A DNA stretch of 44,294 nt from Macrostomum lignano. Its lineage: Eukaryota. The stretch spans positions 1-44,294 of the forward strand of contig NIVC01002198.1 in NCBI GenBank assembly GCA_002269645.1, written 5' to 3'. The notes below the pieces were generated by a model. The model did not search any database and had not been told where the DNA came from. It worked only from the letters and a program-made list of their open reading frames with translations. Below, in pieces: positions 38,406-44,294 of this stretch. The translations under genes and the position numbers were made by a program. Every line of letters starts with the position of its first letter. Position 1 is the first letter of the stretch.

Positions 38406-40597
38406 ATGACCGCCGGCAAGACAGCGATAGACATCTCGCTCGAGGCTCTGACCGAAGTTGATGAACGCCAGAAACTACCGCCGCCGCCGAGGGACACACT
38501 TCGCCTGGTGTACATCGCATTTTTGCTTCACGGTGTGGGCATTCTGCTACCCTGGAATCTATTCATCAATGCCAAGGAGTACTTTGAGAACTACAAGCTC
38601 AACACGAACATCTCGCGCGAGGCGGACTACAGGCACAACTTTATGAACTACATCGGCCTCGGGTCTCAGCTGCCCAACATGCTCATGCTGGCTTGCAACG
38701 TCTTCTTTCAGCCGTTGACGACCAGCGAAGGACAGGAAAAAACTGCCAGCAAAAATGCCGCACGTCGCATTATGCTAGTGATCCTGATCGAAGTTTGCAT
38801 CTGCGCTACCACCGTCATCATGGCCTTGGTGGACACGAGCGAATGCCCGCGATTGTTCTTCGATGTCACGCTAATCAGTGTCATTGTGCTCAACTGTTGC
38901 ACCGGCGTCTATCAGTCCTCAGCGTTCGGCATGGCGGGTGTGCTGCCCATGACCTACTCCAGTGCGATCGTACTGGGTAAGGCGTCTATCGTCATGCTCC
39001 TCGTGCGTGTCGTAGGAATCAGGGGCGTCGCCATCCATGGCCAGACCCCACGGTGACAGGGAGATATTAGTTTATTAGCTAGTCACAGAAAAGCTTTACA
39101 TAAATGCGCTGCTACTAAAAAGACCAAAGTCTTCAGTGGACTAGTACGTCTAGTAGTCTTTGCCATTATTTCCTGAGCACACAAACGCGACACCGCTCAC
39201 ACAGGATGCACGAATACTAGCACTGACTTTTTATCGCTAGGCATCTCCAGGCATTCAATTAATGGGGTCCTGCGCAGAACCAATCCACTAATCCAAATCT
39301 CCGAGTATCTCTCAGGAGCCGGCACAGATATGGGGTGACGGAGACCCACAAATTTAGCAAACTTTTGCTCATCACTTTCCCCAGCAAGCTTAAATATGCC
39401 ACTTAAAATTCAAGTAACTTTATTGTGGTTCACACCGCCGCTGTACCAAACCACTTCGAAAAGTATTTATACAGTTATAAACATGTTCAATTTAAGGTAC
39501 CTAATTTCACTTGAAGTACTGAAGCATTTTAACGTCGTTTTACGCAACACAGGTAACAACATCTGCGGAACAGTTGTTGCCATTGTGAACATTGTTAGTC
39601 GGCTGGCATCCTCGCAGAATCTGCAAATGACCGCTGTTGGCTATTTCTCATTCTCTGTCGTATTGCTACTCATCTGCTTCTCCTCGCTCCTCATATTGCC
39701 GAAGCTGCCGTTCTATCGGCACTACCAGCAGCCGCCGTCGCAACCGCATTCGTCTGAGAGGACCTGCGACACAACGCAAGGCGGCGCTAAGAACCGACTG
39801 CTCAATGAGCAGACGTCTTTCGAATCGGACGACTCAACTGAAACTGTAAAGGGATGCTGCGATGAGAATCTGGAAACTGTCAGGGCTTGCTGTGCTTTGT
39901 GCTGTATCCGCAAGGGACCTGTGGCTGCGTGCTCCAGGTGAGCCGGCCAATTTTTTTAAGAGTTGCCGATTTCCAAGCCAATTGAATTTCGGTAAAAAAG
40001 TGTTTCGTCAAAGTTGAATTCATAACTTTGAACCACAATTTCAGGTACTGGCAGAGATACCTGGCTGCCTTCAAAGAGTGCTGGGTTCACTGCCTCAGCG
40101 TCTGGTCGACATTCTTCTGCACTTTGGCCTGCTTTCCAGCCGTTCAATCGGCCATTCGTCCGGTCCAGCTGCTGTCCATAGAGGCCTGGTTCACCGACAT
40201 CTTCGTGTTCCTCGGCTTCAACCTGTTCGCCATGCTGGGCAGTCTGGCGTCAAATTTTGTACAATTCCCAAAACCACGCTGGCTGGCACTGGTCGTGTGG
40301 ATTCGTACCCTAATCTTCATACCGTTCTTCATCATGTGCAACTGTTTCCCGGACAACCGGGCCCCGGCATTCCCGGTGGTCATCGCTAATGACTACGTGT
40401 TCGCGGCTGGCATGGTGTTGTTCGCTTTCACCGGCGGCTACTTCAGCGCCCTCTGCATGATGTACGCGCCAAGGGACGTGAAGAATCCAAAGCACGCGGC
40501 ATTGGCTGGCATGGTGTCGTCATTCTTCCTGGTCTCCGGCATCTTCTGCGGAGTGGCCTTCGGTGGAGTGCTGTTCAATGTGGTGCAGGCGCATTAG
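38406..40597 (+). CDS. SLC29A/ENT-like: Equilibrative nucleoside transporter (SLC29/ENT family), about 502 aa, 3 exons
   Basis: Exons 38406-38976, 39553-39937, 40045-40597 (phases 1, 2; total 1509 nt). Motifs: PPRDTLRLVYIAFLLHGVGILLPWNLFINAKEYF; GVYQSSAFGMAGVLPMTYSSAIVLGNNICG; TFFCTLACFPAV; FLGFNLFAMLGS; RTLIFIPFFIMCN; FAFTGGYFSALCMMYAP; GIFCG. Confidence 0.95.
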
Positions 40598-40710
40598 GCC
40601 GCTTACGAGCGTAATTACAGGTGGAAAATTCCAAATATATCAACTTATGGATGGAGCAAATAGTCAAGGACTACTCAAGCAGAAGGACGGGAAAGTACGT
40701 TTCTTGTAAC

Positions 40711-41257
40711 ATTTTTAGAAAGCAGTGTTTACCAAAAAAATACATTGCAAATGTAGAAGGTTTAAATTTTTTCATCACAAAAATTGTTATTGCTTTTGAT
40801 AGAACGGATCGAGGCCAATGTTCATCTTCTCATATTTCTTGCCTTTCTTATAGCTCTATTCATATTCATAAAGCTTTAAGTTCATAAAATTAGGACTCTA
40901 TGTTCATTTTAGATCGCCTGTACATTTAGTTTCATGAATCTATTTTATCATTCTGTTACATTTATCGTTGCACAGTCAGCTAAGAATGATAAAACAGATT
41001 GATAAAACCAATGAGCTGAGCTGCGCCATTTTTATGATTTTAGGCGCTGGACATGTGCGTTGGATATAAAATTAACGTACAATCCGAAATTTCTCAACGA
41101 AAAGGTCTTGAATATCAATAGAGCTATGAGTAAGGCAAGACATATCAAAATAGGAATATTGGTTCTGCCTCGTATCAAAAGCAATAAATTTTTTTGAGCT
41201 GAAAAGAGGCAAAACCTTCATGTATTTTTTTCTGTAAAAACCAGCCTCATAAAAAGT
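40711..41257. repeat. Diverged long inverted repeat (arms about 40711-40877 and 41101-41257); MITE/fold-back remnant
   Basis: Plus arm TTATTGCTTTTGATAG...CTTGCCTTTCTTATAGCTCTATTCATATTCA vs reverse complement of the right arm TTATTGCTTTTGATAC...CTTGCCTTACTCATAGCTCTATTGATATTCA; flanking AAAAAAATACAT..GAAGGTTT also pairs. Confidence 0.8.
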
Positions 41258-42778
41258 CCCACGTGGCTGCATAAAGCTCGTCACTCTCAAGCAATGTTCA
41301 AGCAATGAATTCCAAATAAATATGTTAATTTTTCTAGAGCAGCTAGCTGACGTATTTCTATAGTACAATTTCTAGTTCTACGCTCGTATAAGCTCAGATA
41401 TAACTTTGTTATAGTGCGTCATAATTTCCGGTGTTGCAGTCGTTGATCTCTGGCTAGAGACAGATTATAACAAGTTAGTAAGACCGCTTTAAATCAAATT
41501 GCTATTCGATTATACGCTCCAGTACTTTCTGGGTGACCCTATTTGTCATTGACGTTGGCTAATTTTATAGCTTCAATTTTTGGCCTCCATCTAGCTAGTT
41601 GAGTTTTGTCACGTCAACGAAGAAAACTTATTTGCAGTTCAATTTTTGCGTCTCTGTCACTCTTTTGGGTGCATTTTTTGTTAAATTAAATTATATTTAG
41701 GCTGTAAGCTATCATGATAAAACTCATAACTCAGTACTTCAATACTACTAGTTCAATTAATTTTAATTTGAGAATTATAATACTTTACCAAATATTTCTA
41801 CTGATTCTGGTTGCTGAATTTTGAAAGTCTGAGAAACCCTATAGATCAAACATTAGCTACTTAATAAGTAGTATAAGCATGATTCAATTTTGATTTGTCA
41901 GTTGCGTTAAAATATACTGATATTCATAGTCCTCTATATGTGCTATTCATATTGTTGAAGTAAGTAAGTAAAGCGTTTTTTTTATTTAATGACTTTCAAA
42001 TCCACATTGATATGACACTTGCATGCATTACTCCTCAGTTCACGTCCGCCAGCACTGCAAGTTAAGCCGAGTTGCTCCTGGTTAGTGCACACAGTTAAAG
42101 TTGCTATGCTTGTATCAGCCTTGTAGCAGCCAGACACGCTGATCTGCAGACTATCACGCGACAGGCCAGCTGTGTCCAGGGAGTCTGTCAGCGACCACGT
42201 TTCGGCGTTCGACCACTGCCTCCTAGAACAAAGCCGCCCTCTGGCGGTTATAATAATTGGACATACAGGACCGCTTTTACAGCAGGAAACACGACGTACA
42301 GCTTATGCAAGCTCTTATCAACGTTGCGGACGTCAAGAACCGGACCGCCGAGGTAGACGAACTGCTGGTGCCATGAGAATCTCGCACCTGGAGAATCTCT
42401 CATCTGAAGAAGCTGCCTTAAAATTCATCATTTAAACGAATTTGCAAGGCTTTCTAAGAACAGCCGAACAACAGAATTAAAAATGTAATAAACTTTAATA
42501 AATTAGATTTAATTAACAAAGCCAATTGCGCAAGCTGTGAAATTGTTACAAAGATTGACACTTCTTGTTTACTGTAATTAATTGTTCGGAAAATTGTTTC
42601 AATTTTAATGCTCCCATCGCTCTGAGTCCGACGGTAATTATCGAGCAACAGGTGTTTTGAAGTCGCATGACCTCAGTTATGTAATTCCGTTTTATTTAAA
42701 TAAATAACCTCTGAGACGGCTAAAAGCTTTAAAAATGATTTCATTAAGCTCGACACCTGCTAGCCACCTGTTTCTAGA

Positions 42779-44236
<1,458 letters not shown>

Positions 44237-44294
44237 GTGGGTCTTTGTATTAGAGTTACAAAGTGTGACATCCGGGTCTAACAAAGTGTGACAT

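Overview
Eukaryotic (metazoan) genomic DNA: spliced GT-AG genes with GC-rich codons embedded in roughly 40% tandem repeat. The gene set and repeat load suggest an invertebrate such as a lophotrochozoan or free-living flatworm; this is inference only. Exon structures were rebuilt by hand for five well-supported genes: a BK-channel beta-subunit (KCNMB/CaKB)-like gene (-), a PLAC8/cornifelin-family gene (+), a 9-exon secreted single-domain phospholipase B1-like GDSL lipase (-), a PP1 glycogen-targeting PPP1R3-like gene with RVxF and CBM21 (+), and an equilibrative nucleoside transporter SLC29/ENT (+). Two partial genes of unknown family sit at the edges: one with a (Gly-His/Tyr/Cys)n tail, one a putative secreted protein. 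The non-coding part holds a 9.5-kb 24-bp satellite, more than a dozen distinct mini/microsatellites (many filling introns), tRNA-headed SINE-like elements, a templated duplication inside the KCNMB-like intron, and a diverged long inverted repeat behind the ENT gene. Most long ORFs in the supplied track are repeat artefacts. No CRISPR array, rRNA, intact tRNA or transposase/RT ORF was seen. No database search was run; family calls rest on recalled motifs.
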